DNA of 64,000 bases, taken from an uncultured Actinomycetota bacterium. Lineage in GTDB: Bacteria > Actinomycetota > Actinomycetes > JAHEKZ01. Position numbers and translations under genes: made by a program. The DNA lies in assembly GCA_963743915.1 (NCBI GenBank), contig CAVURN010000002.1, positions 64,001 to 128,000 of the forward strand, written 5' to 3'. Below, in pieces: positions 45,959 to 55,694 of this stretch (positions are counted from its first letter, which is position 1; the number at the start of each line of letters is the position of its first letter). The notes beneath the pieces are model-generated. The model saw only the letters and a list, made by a program, of their open reading frames with translations, was not told where the DNA came from and ran no database searches.

Positions 45959-47179
45959 ATGGGAACCTCGACCTTCCAGTACCAGGTCCGCGACAAGACC
46001 GGGAAGATCGTCTCCGGCACGATCGAGGCGGAGTCACAGGCCGCGGTCGCGCAGAAGCTGACCAGCATGGGCTACGCCACGGTCAGCATCTCGCAGGCCA
46101 GTGCCGGCATGAAGACCGAGCTGAAGATCCCCGGCTTCGGCGGCAAGGTCAAGCTGAAGGACCTCGCGGTGATGTCGCGGCAGTTCGCCACGATGATCAA
46201 CTCAGGTCTCTCCCTGCTCCGCGCCCTGAACATCCTGGCCGAGCAGACGCCGAACAAGAAGCTCGCCGAGGTCCTGGCCGCCGTGCGCAACGACGTCGAG
46301 ACCGGCAACCCGCTGTCGGGGGCGATGGCGCAGCACCCGGACATCTTCCCGCCCCTGATGGTCAACATGATCCGGGCCGGAGAGGTCGGCGGCTTCCTCG
46401 ACGGCGTCCTGCTGCAGATCGCCGCCAACTACGAGGCCGAGGTCAGGCTCAAGGGCAAGATCAAGAGCGCGATGACCTACCCGGTCGTCGTCTTCGTCAT
46501 GGCCATCCTGGCCGCCATCGGGATGCTCATCTTCATCGTCCCGACCTTCGCCAAGATGTTCGAGGGACTCGGCGCCGAGCTTCCGGTGCCGACGCAGATC
46601 CTGGTCAACCTGAGCAACTTCATGAAGCAGGCGGCGCCGGTCCTGGTCGTGGCCTTCATCGGCCTGGTGTTCGCCTGGCGGAAGGTCAAGCGCACCGAGC
46701 GCGTCCGCAACATCGTGGATCCGCTCAAGCTCAAGCTCCCGGTGTTCGGCACGCTCTTCCAGAAGATCGCGCTGAGCCGGTTCACCCGCAACTTCGGCAC
46801 CATGCTGCACGCCGGTGTGCCGATCCTGCAGGCCCTCGACATCGTGGCCGACACCTCCGGCAACGTGGTCGTCGCCCGAGCCGTGCGCGACGTCCAGGAG
46901 AGCGTGCGCAGCGGTGAGTCGCTGACCGGGCCGCTGAGCCAGCACGCGGTCTTCCCGCCGATGGTGGTGCAGATGATGGCCGTCGGTGAGGACACCGGTG
47001 CGCTCGACGACATGCTGCACAAGATCTCGGAGTTCTACGACCAGGACGTCGAGGCGACGACCGAGTCGCTCACGTCGCTGATCGAGCCGCTGATGATCGC
47101 CTTCCTCGGCGGCATGGTGGGAAGCATGATCATCGCCCTGTACATGCCCATCTTCAAGGTGTTCGACCTCATCCAGTAG
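45959..47179 (+). CDS. pilC: Type IV pilus platform protein (T2SSF family)
   Basis: Two T2SSF repeats: AGEVGG.L, SAMTYP, VGEDTG.L, IEP, ALYMPIF. Confidence 0.95.
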   Translation: MGTSTFQYQVRDKTGKIVSGTIEAESQAAVAQKLTSMGYATVSISQASAGMKTELKIPGFGGKVKLKDLAVMSRQFATMINSGLSLLRALNILAEQTPNKKLAEVLAAVRNDVETGNPLSGAMAQHPDIFPPLMVNMIRAGEVGGFLDGVLLQIAANYEAEVRLKGKIKSAMTYPVVVFVMAILAAIGMLIFIVPTFAKMFEGLGAELPVPTQILVNLSNFMKQAAPVLVVAFIGLVFAWRKVKRTERVRNIVDPLKLKLPVFGTLFQKIALSRFTRNFGTMLHAGVPILQALDIVADTSGNVVVARAVRDVQESVRSGESLTGPLSQHAVFPPMVVQMMAVGEDTGALDDMLHKISEFYDQDVEATTESLTSLIEPLMIAFLGGMVGSMIIALYMPIFKVFDLIQ

Positions 47180-47202
47180 GTCGAAATCCACCCGGTCCAG
47201 TC

Positions 47203-47229
47203 CTAAAGACGGTGTCCGCGTGGGTCGAA
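47203..47229 (+). promoter_or_regulatory. Variant sigma28-type promoter P4 (major pilin)
   Basis: CTAAAG-N15-GTCGAA about 20 nt upstream of the riboswitch. Confidence 0.6.
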
Positions 47230-47251
47230 GTAGTACCCGTACAGAGCCAAC

Positions 47252-47342
47252 CGGCCAGAAAAGGCACACCTGCCGCAAGGCAGGGTCGCAAAGCCAGGGG
47301 ACCCTCCCAGCATTACCGGGGTCAGCCCAGCTGCCTCGGCTG
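47252..47342 (+). ncRNA. c-di-GMP-I (GEMM-I) riboswitch
   Basis: GGCACACC-TGCC-GCAA-GGCA-GGGTCGCAAAGCC core, second stem GACCC/GGGTC then AGCC, 3' GCTGCC, closing GGCC/GGCT. Confidence 0.88.
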
Positions 47343-47416
47343 ATTCCTCTCTCCGGAGGGGATCACCCAAGGGCGAGCGCCGCACGGCTCACCGAACAGT
47401 GGGAAAGGGAACACAG

Positions 47417-47821
47417 ATGCTCGCTCGCATCCGCAAGGCCCAGGAGGAGCACGAGGGTGGCTTCACCCTCATCGAGCTCCTGGTCGTCATCATCATCATC
47501 GGTATCCTCGCGGCCATCGCGATCCCGGTCTTCCTGAACCAGCGCCAGAAGGGCTACGACGCCGCCGCCAAGAGCGACGTCAAGAACATCGCGACGCTGC
47601 AGGAGACCTACTTCACCGACAACAACAACTACGCAGCCAGCGTTGCGGCGCTGAACGCGCCGGCTCTCGCCGGTGAAGACCTCGCCGAACACCTCGGGTC
47701 ACACCACTGCGCCTGAGCGCGACGGTGCAACTCGTTCACGGTCCAGGTCGACTCCGACTCGGGCAACAGCTTCTGCTGGGACAGCTCCGGCGTTGCCGGT
47801 GCGGGTGTCTACTCCTGCTGA
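47417..47821 (+). CDS. pilA: Major type IV pilin (two apparent frameshifts)
   Basis: G|FTLIELLVVIIIIGILAAIAIP; C-terminal FCWD...YSC-stop in shifted frame. Confidence 0.88.
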
Positions 47822-47858
47822 CCTGAGCACGAAGCGGTGCAAGCTGCCGCACTCACGA

Positions 47859-47890
47859 CGAGGGGCCCGTACTCCGGTACGGGCCCCTCG
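47859..47890 (+). terminator. Stem-loop terminator after pilin 1
   Basis: CGAGGGGCCCGTAC-TCCG-GTACGGGCCCCTCG, 14-bp perfect stem. Confidence 0.8.
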
Positions 47891-48022
47891 TTCGTCGTCG
47901 AGCCTGCGCTTCGTTCACCCGATCGGGCGTACCGGGTGCACAGCGTCCGGTATCCGAAACACAGAGAGCACACATTGTCATGCGTCTCGACCGGTCGGGA
48001 CCGAGCCACCACGGAGGGGGAG

Positions 48023-48508
48023 ATGCACCGAAGACAACGAGCCGGCCCTTGCCGCCGGCCCCACCACAACTGCATCAAGTGTCGTGAGCATCCCGAGAGC
48101 GGGTTCACGTTGATCGAGCTGCTGGTCGTCATCATCATCATCGGCATCCTGGCGGCCATCGCGATCCCGGTCTTCCTGAGCCAACGGGCCAAGGCCCACG
48201 AGGGTGCGGCCAAGACCGACATCAGAACCTGGCCACGCAGCAGGAGCTCTACCTGACCGAGAACCAGACGTACGGCGCCATCGCGACCCTGAGTCGCCGA
48301 CGGGATGGACATCCGGGTCGGTCCGAGGACATCACGCTGTCGGTGGTGCGCTTCGACACCGCGAACGTCCTTCTGCCTGTCGGCGTCGCACGCCGCTCCG
48401 GGGACGACGTTCTACTACGACAGCGCGGCTGGCGGACTGCAGCCCTCGGGATCGGCCGGCTGCCCGGTGACGGTCGCCGGGGCAGCCGGTGACTCCATCA
48501 CCGGCTGA
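48023..48508 (+). CDS. Second major-type pilin with Cys/His-rich leader (frameshifted)
   Basis: RBS GGAGG; SG|FTLIELLVVIIIIGILAAIAIPVFL; C-terminal FCLSA...YYDS...GCP. Confidence 0.8.
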
Positions 48509-48519
48509 CGATGACGCAC

Positions 48520-48560
48520 GCGTGAGCCGGGGCCGACGATCCGTCGACCCCGGCTCACGC
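48520..48560 (+). terminator. Stem-loop after pilin 2
   Basis: GCGTGAGCCGGGG ... CCCCGGCTCACGC 13-bp stem. Confidence 0.65.
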
Positions 48561-48585
48561 TCAAGACCGGTCCCTTCCTGCCGAT
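48559..48585 (+). promoter_or_regulatory. sigma28-type promoter P5 (minor pilins)
   Basis: GCTCAAG-N14-GCCGAT(AG). Confidence 0.8.
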
Positions 48586-48620
48586 AGGCCAGTAGGGCAG
48601 CCGTACCCCCAGGAGGCATT

Positions 48621-50244
48621 GTGATCGCCAGGATCCGACGTGGTCTGCAGCACGACAGCGGGTTCTCGCTGATCGAGCTGATCGTGGCACTGAGCATCGC
48701 CATGGTGATCTTCTCGGCGATGGCCGCTGCAGCGATCGCCGGAGTCCGGGCCTCGGTGGTGGCGCGGCAGAACCAGCAGGCGGTCGACGTCCTCAACGAG
48801 GTCGTCGAGGCCGGTCGCGGTGTCGACGTACGCCAATCTGGCGATGGTGACCACCGACCTCGGCGGGGACCCCGCGATCTCCGGCGAGCCCGACACCGAA
48901 GTACACCGTGCCGAACGGCGTCGGTGCCGAGGACGTCTGGGCACAGGCGACCGGGTCGATCAGCCCGCATATCACGACCGAGACCGGGTCGAACGGCCTG
49001 GATTACACCGTGGCCCGGTACGTGACCGTGCCGGCGGGAGTGACCTCGGACACCGCCGGCCAGCCGATGCAGAAGCGCTACACGGTGGTGGCCACCTGGA
49101 CGTCGTACGGGCAGACCCACGAGCGTGTCGTCTCCACCCTGGTCACCGAGACGCAGCGTGGCCTTCCGCTGCCGCGATACTCGGTGGCCGCGACGTCACC
49201 GCAGACTCAGACCAAGAACCCGAGCACGGTACTCACCTGGGGCTTCCAGGTCATCAACCGCGGTGCGCGCGACACCTTCAACATCTCGGCCTCGACGGGT
49301 ACGTGGGACTACTACGTCGATGCCAACTGCAACGGGGGCCTCGATGCCGGTGAGACCACGGCACTCACCAACACCGACTCCGCGACGGGGAACACGGCGC
49401 CCGACACCGGCCAGATCGAGCCGAACAACTACCCGCCGTACTGCGTGCTGGCCACCCGGACCATCCCCAGCACCGAGCTCGGCACCTCTTCGGTCGTCTT
49501 CACGCTGACCTCGTCCGCACAGCCCACCGCTTCCGGGGCCGTCGTCACGACACCGATCCTTCACGGTCAACGTGACGACCGGCGCGGTCGGCGGTGGCTC
49601 GAGCAGCGGCGGCAGCACCTCGCCTGACGCCTGCGTTCCGAGTGCCAGCCTTGCCGTGCAGGGCTCGGGCACCACGCTCACCGCGTTCGGCCTGAAGAAC
49701 GGTGCGGACCACTGGCGCCACGACAACCCAGCTGGTGAACCTCTTCGACCAGGCCACCTGTGCTCCGCAGTCCCAGGACTACAACTTCTCGACCGACGTC
49801 GCTGACGGGGCCACTGTCGGCCGTGCGCTGCAGGGCGGAGGCAGTGCGACCTCCGCGGTGGCGAGGCAGATGGGGGAGTGGCGCTGGAACCCGCCGGCGG
49901 ACCGCACCTTCAACGGAACCGCCTCCGCATCGCTCACCGTCAAGTGCCTGTCCTCCACGGGCAGTGCCACGATCAACGTCGCGCTGGGCACCTTCACGCA
50001 GAAGACGTCGACGTGGGCGAGCAAGGCGACCGGCACCAAGACCGTCACGTGTGCCACCACGACCAGCTGGACGACGGTCGAGGTGCCGCTGCCCATCAGC
50101 ACCGCCTTCGTCGTCAAGAACAAGGTCACCGGTCAGCCGCAGTACCTGTCGATGCGGGTGTGGTCCGCAGCTGGCAGCGCGAACCTGCGGATGAACTACG
50201 AGTCGCCCACCAACAAGTCCTTCCTCACCGCGTCGATGGGATGA
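48621..50244 (+). CDS. Large minor pilin (PilV-like N-terminus, long Thr/Ser/Cys-rich C-terminus), multiple frameshifts
   Basis: SG|FSLIELIVAL; coding-like segments continue across frames to the stop at 50244. Confidence 0.7.
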
Positions 50245-50879
50245 CGATGAGCCGCTTGCATGCAGCCCGGCAGACGCTGGTTGACCGGACGTCGCCCCAG
50301 GGTCGGGTGGACGCGGGCTTCACCCTGCCCGAGATGCTCGTCTCCATGATCATCATGGGCGATCTTCGGCACCCTGGCGGTCTTCGCTTGATCTCGGTCA
50401 ACGAGACCTTCCGGGTGACCGACGACGAGGCGACGGGCCTGGCAGACACACGGACCGTGGTCGAGCGGCTGGGACGTGACATCCGGGCGGCCCGCGGCGT
50501 GGACGCAGGGGCCACCGAGAGCACTCTGGTGCTGTGGGTGGACTACAACTCGGACTACATCCGCAGCCCGAGCGCCCAGCCGGACGAGATCGTGACGTGG
50601 TCGCTGGTGAGCCAGGGTTCGGGAAGCACGCAGTACAACACGCTGCGTTCGACTGCGGGTGGTACCGCGGTGGTGCAGGCCCGCACCCTCGTCTCCGACC
50701 TCGCGTTCTGCTACCAGAGCGAGCACGACCGCGCCCTGCTTCACGACTCCGCTGTCGGTCGCGGACGCGGAGGACACCCGACTCGTCACGGTCGACCTCG
50801 ACGTACGACTCGCTGGTCGTCCTCTGGCGGGGACGAGCGAACCACGTCGTTCTCCGAGCGGATCAGGAATGTGAGCTGA
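50241..50879 (+). CDS. Minor pilin (PilW-like)
   Basis: AG|FTLPEMLVSM, LGRDIRAA, C-terminal RIRN. Confidence 0.78.
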   Translation: MTMSRLHAARQTLVDRTSPQGRVDAGFTLPEMLVSMIIMGDLRHPGGLRLISVNETFRVTDDEATGLADTRTVVERLGRDIRAARGVDAGATESTLVLWVDYNSDYIRSPSAQPDEIVTWSLVSQGSGSTQYNTLRSTAGGTAVVQARTLVSDLAFCYQSEHDRALLHDSAVGRGRGGHPTRHGRPRRTTRWSSSGGDERTTSFSERIRNVS

Positions 50880-50880
50880 C

Positions 50881-52293
50881 ATGAACCGACGAAGTGCCTG
50901 CTGCGGCGACTCCGGGCCGAGGACGAGGGCATCGGTCTCATCCTGGTCATCGGACTGAGCGCGGTCATGGCGATCCTGATCACGGTCATGACGACCGTGG
51001 CCATCCGTTCCCTGAACTCGAGCAGCGACCACGTCCGGTTCGAGCAGTCGCTGGCAGCGGCCGAGGCCGGGATCGACCGCGAGCTGGCCAACATCCAGAC
51101 CGCCCGCAACCAGGTGCCACCGGTCGCCTACACCGGTACCGCCGGGTGCGTGCCCTCGGCGGCGCCGGCCGGGACGTTCTCGTCCGAGGCGAGCGAGAAG
51201 GCATGGGCGCGCACGGCGCTCGAGGCGCTCCCGACCTCGTGCACCGAGAGCAACGGAGAGGGCGAGTTCGTGGCCTTCAAGGATCCGGCGCGCCAGGTGG
51301 TGTACTCCCTGGGCTGGTCACCGGAGCGCTCGGCGGCGAATGCCAAGAGCCGGCTGCTGAAGGCCGAGTACATCTTCGCTCCCTTCCGGCCGGGTCAGGC
51401 GATCCTCACCGGCTGGTGACCTCGACTTCTCCGGGTCGGTCGCGGTGAACGCGATCGCGGGGCTGCCGGCAGACATCCACACGAACTCCAACGTCATCGG
51501 GATCAACAACAGCGTGAGCGCGACCGGTTCCCTCACTGCGTCGGGAACCCTCTCCGGCTGCTCGAGCGGCGTCGTCGGCGGCTGCACCGCGGGTCAGCCG
51601 CAGGAGCGGGTGCCGGTGGCGAACCCGCGCGCGGTCTACCAGGACTACGCGCTGACGACCTCCGCAGTGGTTCGACCTCTGCCCCGACGGCACCGTGCGG
51701 TCACCGTCGGCCGACACCGCTGCCACCACCGACGGGCCCTGCACCGGCAGCCTGATCGCCAACAGCCCCTACAACAACTGGGTCTACACGGCGGGGAACG
51801 CCACGACACCGGGCAAGTGGGTGGTCGACAATGCAGCCACCCAGTACCCGGGTGTGTACTACGTGTACGGCGCCAACGCCCAGCTGGGAGACAACGGCAA
51901 CTCCAATGACAGCGTGACCCTCACCGTCCTCGCCGAGTCGACGACGCCCGTCGGGTTACACGAATGCCGCCACGTGCAACAAGTACGGCGGCGACATCAC
52001 CTGGAAGCTGTTCAACGTCCAGAACTACCTGCGCGGGACCCTCTTCATCGCGGAGGGCTCGTTCTACGGCAGTGCCAACTCGATCGGCGTCGGCCGGTGT
52101 CATGCTCGCCGGCGACAAGATCGACCTCAACACCTCGAGCGGTACGGTCACCGGATCCGTGATCGCCAACAACACCTGCGCGGCGGCGGGAGCGAACGAG
52201 ATCCAGGGCATGACGGTGACCTACGACCAGTCGGTCGAGGCCCCCGTCTACAGCGTGGTGAACACCACGCTGTGGCTGGAGTACGTGGGCTGA
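50881..52293 (+). CDS. PilX-like minor pilin with extended C-terminal domain, multiple frameshifts
   Basis: DEG|IGLILVIGL (no Glu5), LAAAEAGID motif. Confidence 0.7.
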
Positions 52294-52342
52294 CGGCGCG
52301 CCGTCCGGCGTGCGCACCACTGCGATGAGTTAGATCGTCTCC

Positions 52343-53127
52343 GTGGAGATCTACTTCGGGGTGCTGCTCGCCGTCGTCGGCCTGCTCATCGGGTCGTTCC
52401 TCAACGTCGTCATCGCCCGCGTGCCGGCCGGGGAATCGGTGGTCAGCCCGCGCTCCCGCTGCCCTCGCTGCGGCACCGAGATCGCTGCGCGGGACAACAT
52501 CCCGGTGGTGTCCTGGCTGCTGCTGCGCGGGCGGTGCCGCTCGTGCGCGGAACCGATCTCGGTGCGCTACCCCTTGGTCGAGCTGGGCCACGCCGCCCTG
52601 TGGCTCGTCATGCTCGCGACGATCGGGTGGACCTGGGAGCTGCCTGCCTACCTCTACCTGGCCTCGGTGGGGCTGGCTCTGGCGGTCATCGACCTGGACA
52701 CCAAGCGGCTGCCCGACCCCCTGACCCTGCCGAGCTACGTGGTGGTCGGCCTGCTGCTGCTCCTTCCTGCGGTGGCCGACGGGGACTGGTCCGCCTACCT
52801 GCGGGCGTGGCTGGCGGCCGCCGCCCTGTTCGCCTTCTACTTCCTGCTCCTGGTCGTCTACCCCGGTGGGATGGGGTTCGGGGACGTGAAGCTGGCCGGC
52901 GTGCTGGGGCTGGCCCTCGGCTGGCTCGGGTGGGGAGTGCTCCTCGTGGGCGGCTTCCTGGGCTTCTTCCTCGGTGCCGTCGTCGGCGGCGCGCCTGATG
53001 CTCGTCCGGCGGGCGGGTCGGAAGTCGAAGATCCCGTTCGGCCCCTTCATGCTGCTCGGCACCCTGATCGGCGTCGCTGTGGGGCGAGCCGCTGTGGGAC
53101 GCCTACGTCTCCGCCATGGGTCTGTAG
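52343..53127 (+). CDS. pilD: Prepilin peptidase (A24), C-terminal frameshifts
   Basis: GSFLNVVI.R, CPRC...CRSC, YPLVE, AVIDL, MGFGDVKL, IPFGPF. Confidence 0.94.
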
Positions 53128-53158
53128 CACTCCCGGCCGACAAGAAATGTGAGTTAGC

Positions 53159-53186
53159 GCTCAAGGGCGGGGCCCGTCGCGCCGAT
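53159..53186 (+). promoter_or_regulatory. sigma28-type promoter P6 (pilMNO)
   Basis: GCTCAAG-N15-GCCGAT. Confidence 0.8.
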
Positions 53187-53258
53187 CATCCGGCAGACAT
53201 AGTCCAAAAGGACTCACCCACCTGGCGCAATGTCGCCGTCGGTGCGAAGGGGACAGAC

Positions 53259-54326
53259 GTGGCCGCACGAACCGCCATCGGCCTGGACATCGGCACGTCC
53301 GGCGTCCGGGCAGCCGAGCTCACGTTCGGCAAGTCAGGCATCACGCTCGACAAGTTCGGTCAGGTCGCGCTCCCTGAGGGCGCGGTCCGTGACGGCGAGG
53401 TCGTCCGACCGGCCGCCGTGGCCGAGGCGATCCGCCAGCTGTGGACGCACACCAAGTTCTCCGGCAAGGACGTCGTCGTCGGCGTCGCCAACCAGAAGGT
53501 GATCGTCCGCCAGCTCGACCTGCCGTGGCAGACGATGGACGAGCTGCGCAAGACGCTCCCGTACGCGCTGCCCGACGGCACCATCCCGATGTCCGTGGAC
53601 CAGGCGATCCTCGACTTCTACCCGCTCGACGAGCTCGCCTCGGACGACGGCACGCGGATGCTCCGCGGCCTGCTCGTGGCGGCGCAGCGCGACATGGTCG
53701 AGAAGCAGCTCGAGGCCGTGCACGCCGCCGGCCTCAAGCCGGTCATGGTCGACCTCACCGCCTTCGCCGTGCTGCGGTCGCTGGCCGAGAGCGACGACCT
53801 GGGCATGGGCAGCACCATGGAGGCCCTGGTCGACGTCGGTGCCCGCGTCACCAACATCATCGTCCACGAGGGTGGCATCCCGCGGTTCGTCCGCATCCTG
53901 CTGATGGGCGGCGCCGACGTCACCGACGCCCTCGCCGAGCGCACCGGCTCGGAGAACACCGAGGCCGAGGCCATGAAGCACGAGATGGGCATGACCACGG
54001 ACACCGGGGACGCGCGCGCGCAGGCTGCGGGTCGCGTCATGGAAGCAGCCGGCCAGGCGTTCATCGACCAGGTCCGTACCTCCCTGGACTACTACACCGC
54101 GTCCCCCGGCTCGCGTCCGATCGACCGGATCGTCCTGACGGGCGGAGGGTCGCGTCTCGTCGGCCTCGCCGAGCGGCTGCAGAACTCCACGCGGATCGAG
54201 GTCCAGCGCGGCACCGCCTTCGGCGAGCTCGCGATCGGCAAGACCGGCCTCAGCCGCGAACAGATGGAATTCGTCGAGCCCCTGGCCGCCGTGCCGGTCG
54301 GCCTCGCCCTGGGAGCTGCCTCATGA
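53259..54326 (+). CDS. pilM: Type IV pilus assembly protein PilM
   Basis: IGLDIGTS, VDVGA, LTGGGS.L.GL, VGLAL. Confidence 0.94.
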   Translation: MAARTAIGLDIGTSGVRAAELTFGKSGITLDKFGQVALPEGAVRDGEVVRPAAVAEAIRQLWTHTKFSGKDVVVGVANQKVIVRQLDLPWQTMDELRKTLPYALPDGTIPMSVDQAILDFYPLDELASDDGTRMLRGLLVAAQRDMVEKQLEAVHAAGLKPVMVDLTAFAVLRSLAESDDLGMGSTMEALVDVGARVTNIIVHEGGIPRFVRILLMGGADVTDALAERTGSENTEAEAMKHEMGMTTDTGDARAQAAGRVMEAAGQAFIDQVRTSLDYYTASPGSRPIDRIVLTGGGSRLVGLAERLQNSTRIEVQRGTAFGELAIGKTGLSREQMEFVEPLAAVPVGLALGAAS

Positions 54327-55018
54327 CCACCTTGACCCCCACCCGCCTGGCCGCGATGCCGCGGGTCAACCTGCTCCCGCCGGAGATCGCGGCTGCGGCC
54401 CGGCTGAAGCGGACCAAGGCGCTGCTCGGGTTCGTGATGCTCGCCGCCATGGCGGCCGTCGTCCTCGTCTACCTCGTCGTCAGCAGCCAGGTCGGCGGCG
54501 CCGAGGAGGAGCTCGCGACGGCCCAGGCGCAGGGCGCTGCCCTGCAGAGCCAGGTGAACGAGTACGCCGAGGTGCCGGAGGTCCTCGCGGCCGTCGACGC
54601 CGCGCAGGCCAACCTCACCACCGCGATGACGCCCGAGATCCGCTGGTCGTTCTACCTCAACGACCTGAGCCTCTCGATCCCCAAGACCACCCGTCTGGCC
54701 AGCATGACGGCGGTGAACACCGCGGCCGCCGCACAGCTCGACCCCGCGGCCGCGGCCCTGAACCCCTCGGTGACACCACTGGGTGAACCCACCATGGGCA
54801 CCGTCACCTTCACCGGCAGCGCGACGGACTTCGACGCGGTCGCGTCCTGGCTGCAGACGCTCGCTCGTCAGGAGGGCTACACCGAGCCCACCGTGACCAG
54901 CGTCCAGAAGTCCGACGCCGAGGACACCGTCGGTGAGTTCTACGAGGTCGAGACCTCCACCGCACTGACCCCTGAGGCGGCGTCCAACCGCTACCTCCAG
55001 ATCGCGACAGGTGAGTGA
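54323..55018 (+). CDS. pilN: Type IV pilus assembly protein PilN
   Basis: VNLLPP motif, TM helix, coiled coil, WS..L.DLS. Confidence 0.9.
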   Translation: MTTLTPTRLAAMPRVNLLPPEIAAAARLKRTKALLGFVMLAAMAAVVLVYLVVSSQVGGAEEELATAQAQGAALQSQVNEYAEVPEVLAAVDAAQANLTTAMTPEIRWSFYLNDLSLSIPKTTRLASMTAVNTAAAAQLDPAAAALNPSVTPLGEPTMGTVTFTGSATDFDAVASWLQTLARQEGYTEPTVTSVQKSDAEDTVGEFYEVETSTALTPEAASNRYLQIATGE

Positions 55019-55686
55019 CATGACCGTTTCCCGGAAATGGACCATGGGGACGGCCCTGGTGGCGCTCCTGGTGCTCGTCGCCGGCTGGTTCCTGCTCATC
55101 GCTCCCAAGCGGGGCGAGGTGGCGGACCTGCAGGCGCAGGCCGACGAGCAGCTGAGCACCAACAGCTCGCTGCAGATCCAGCTCGAGCAGCTCAAGCAGC
55201 AGAACAAGGACCTGCCCGAGAAGCAGGCCGAGCTCGCCGAGCTGCAGACCCGCATCCCGGAGACGCCCGACCTGACCGGCTACATCCGTGAGCTGCAGGA
55301 CATCGCTCGCCAGGCGGATGTCGGGCTGGTGTCGATGACGCCGGCGGCTGCTGTCACGTTGGGTCAGCCGGTCACCGAGCTCGGTGCGGGTCTGGCACCG
55401 GAGTCGCTGGCAGCGATCGACGTCGAGGTCGTCGTGGAAGGTGACTACACCGGCATCGAGCGCTTCTTCAACGAGATGGAGACGACCGAGCGCTACACCC
55501 TGGTGGGCGGCTACACGATCGCCGAGGTCGAGGACACCGAGGACACCAGCGGTGTCGCGGCGCCCGACGCTGACCGCCACGATCAACGCCCGCATCTACC
55601 TGGTTCCGACCACCCCCGAGGGCACCACGACCACCGCGCCCGCCACCGCGCCGACCCCGGCGCCGACCACGGCGACCGCCTCCTAG
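55011..55686 (+). CDS. pilO: Type IV pilus assembly protein PilO (frameshift ~55565)
   Basis: TM ending WFLLIAP, coiled coil, RIP..PD, V.G.Y..I..FF. Confidence 0.85.
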
Positions 55687-55694
55687 GAGCTCCG

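Noticed and set aside
47252-47342. 3'3'-cGAMP (GEMM-Ib) riboswitch
   Set aside because: The discriminating position equivalent to Vc2 nucleotide 20 is G, not A
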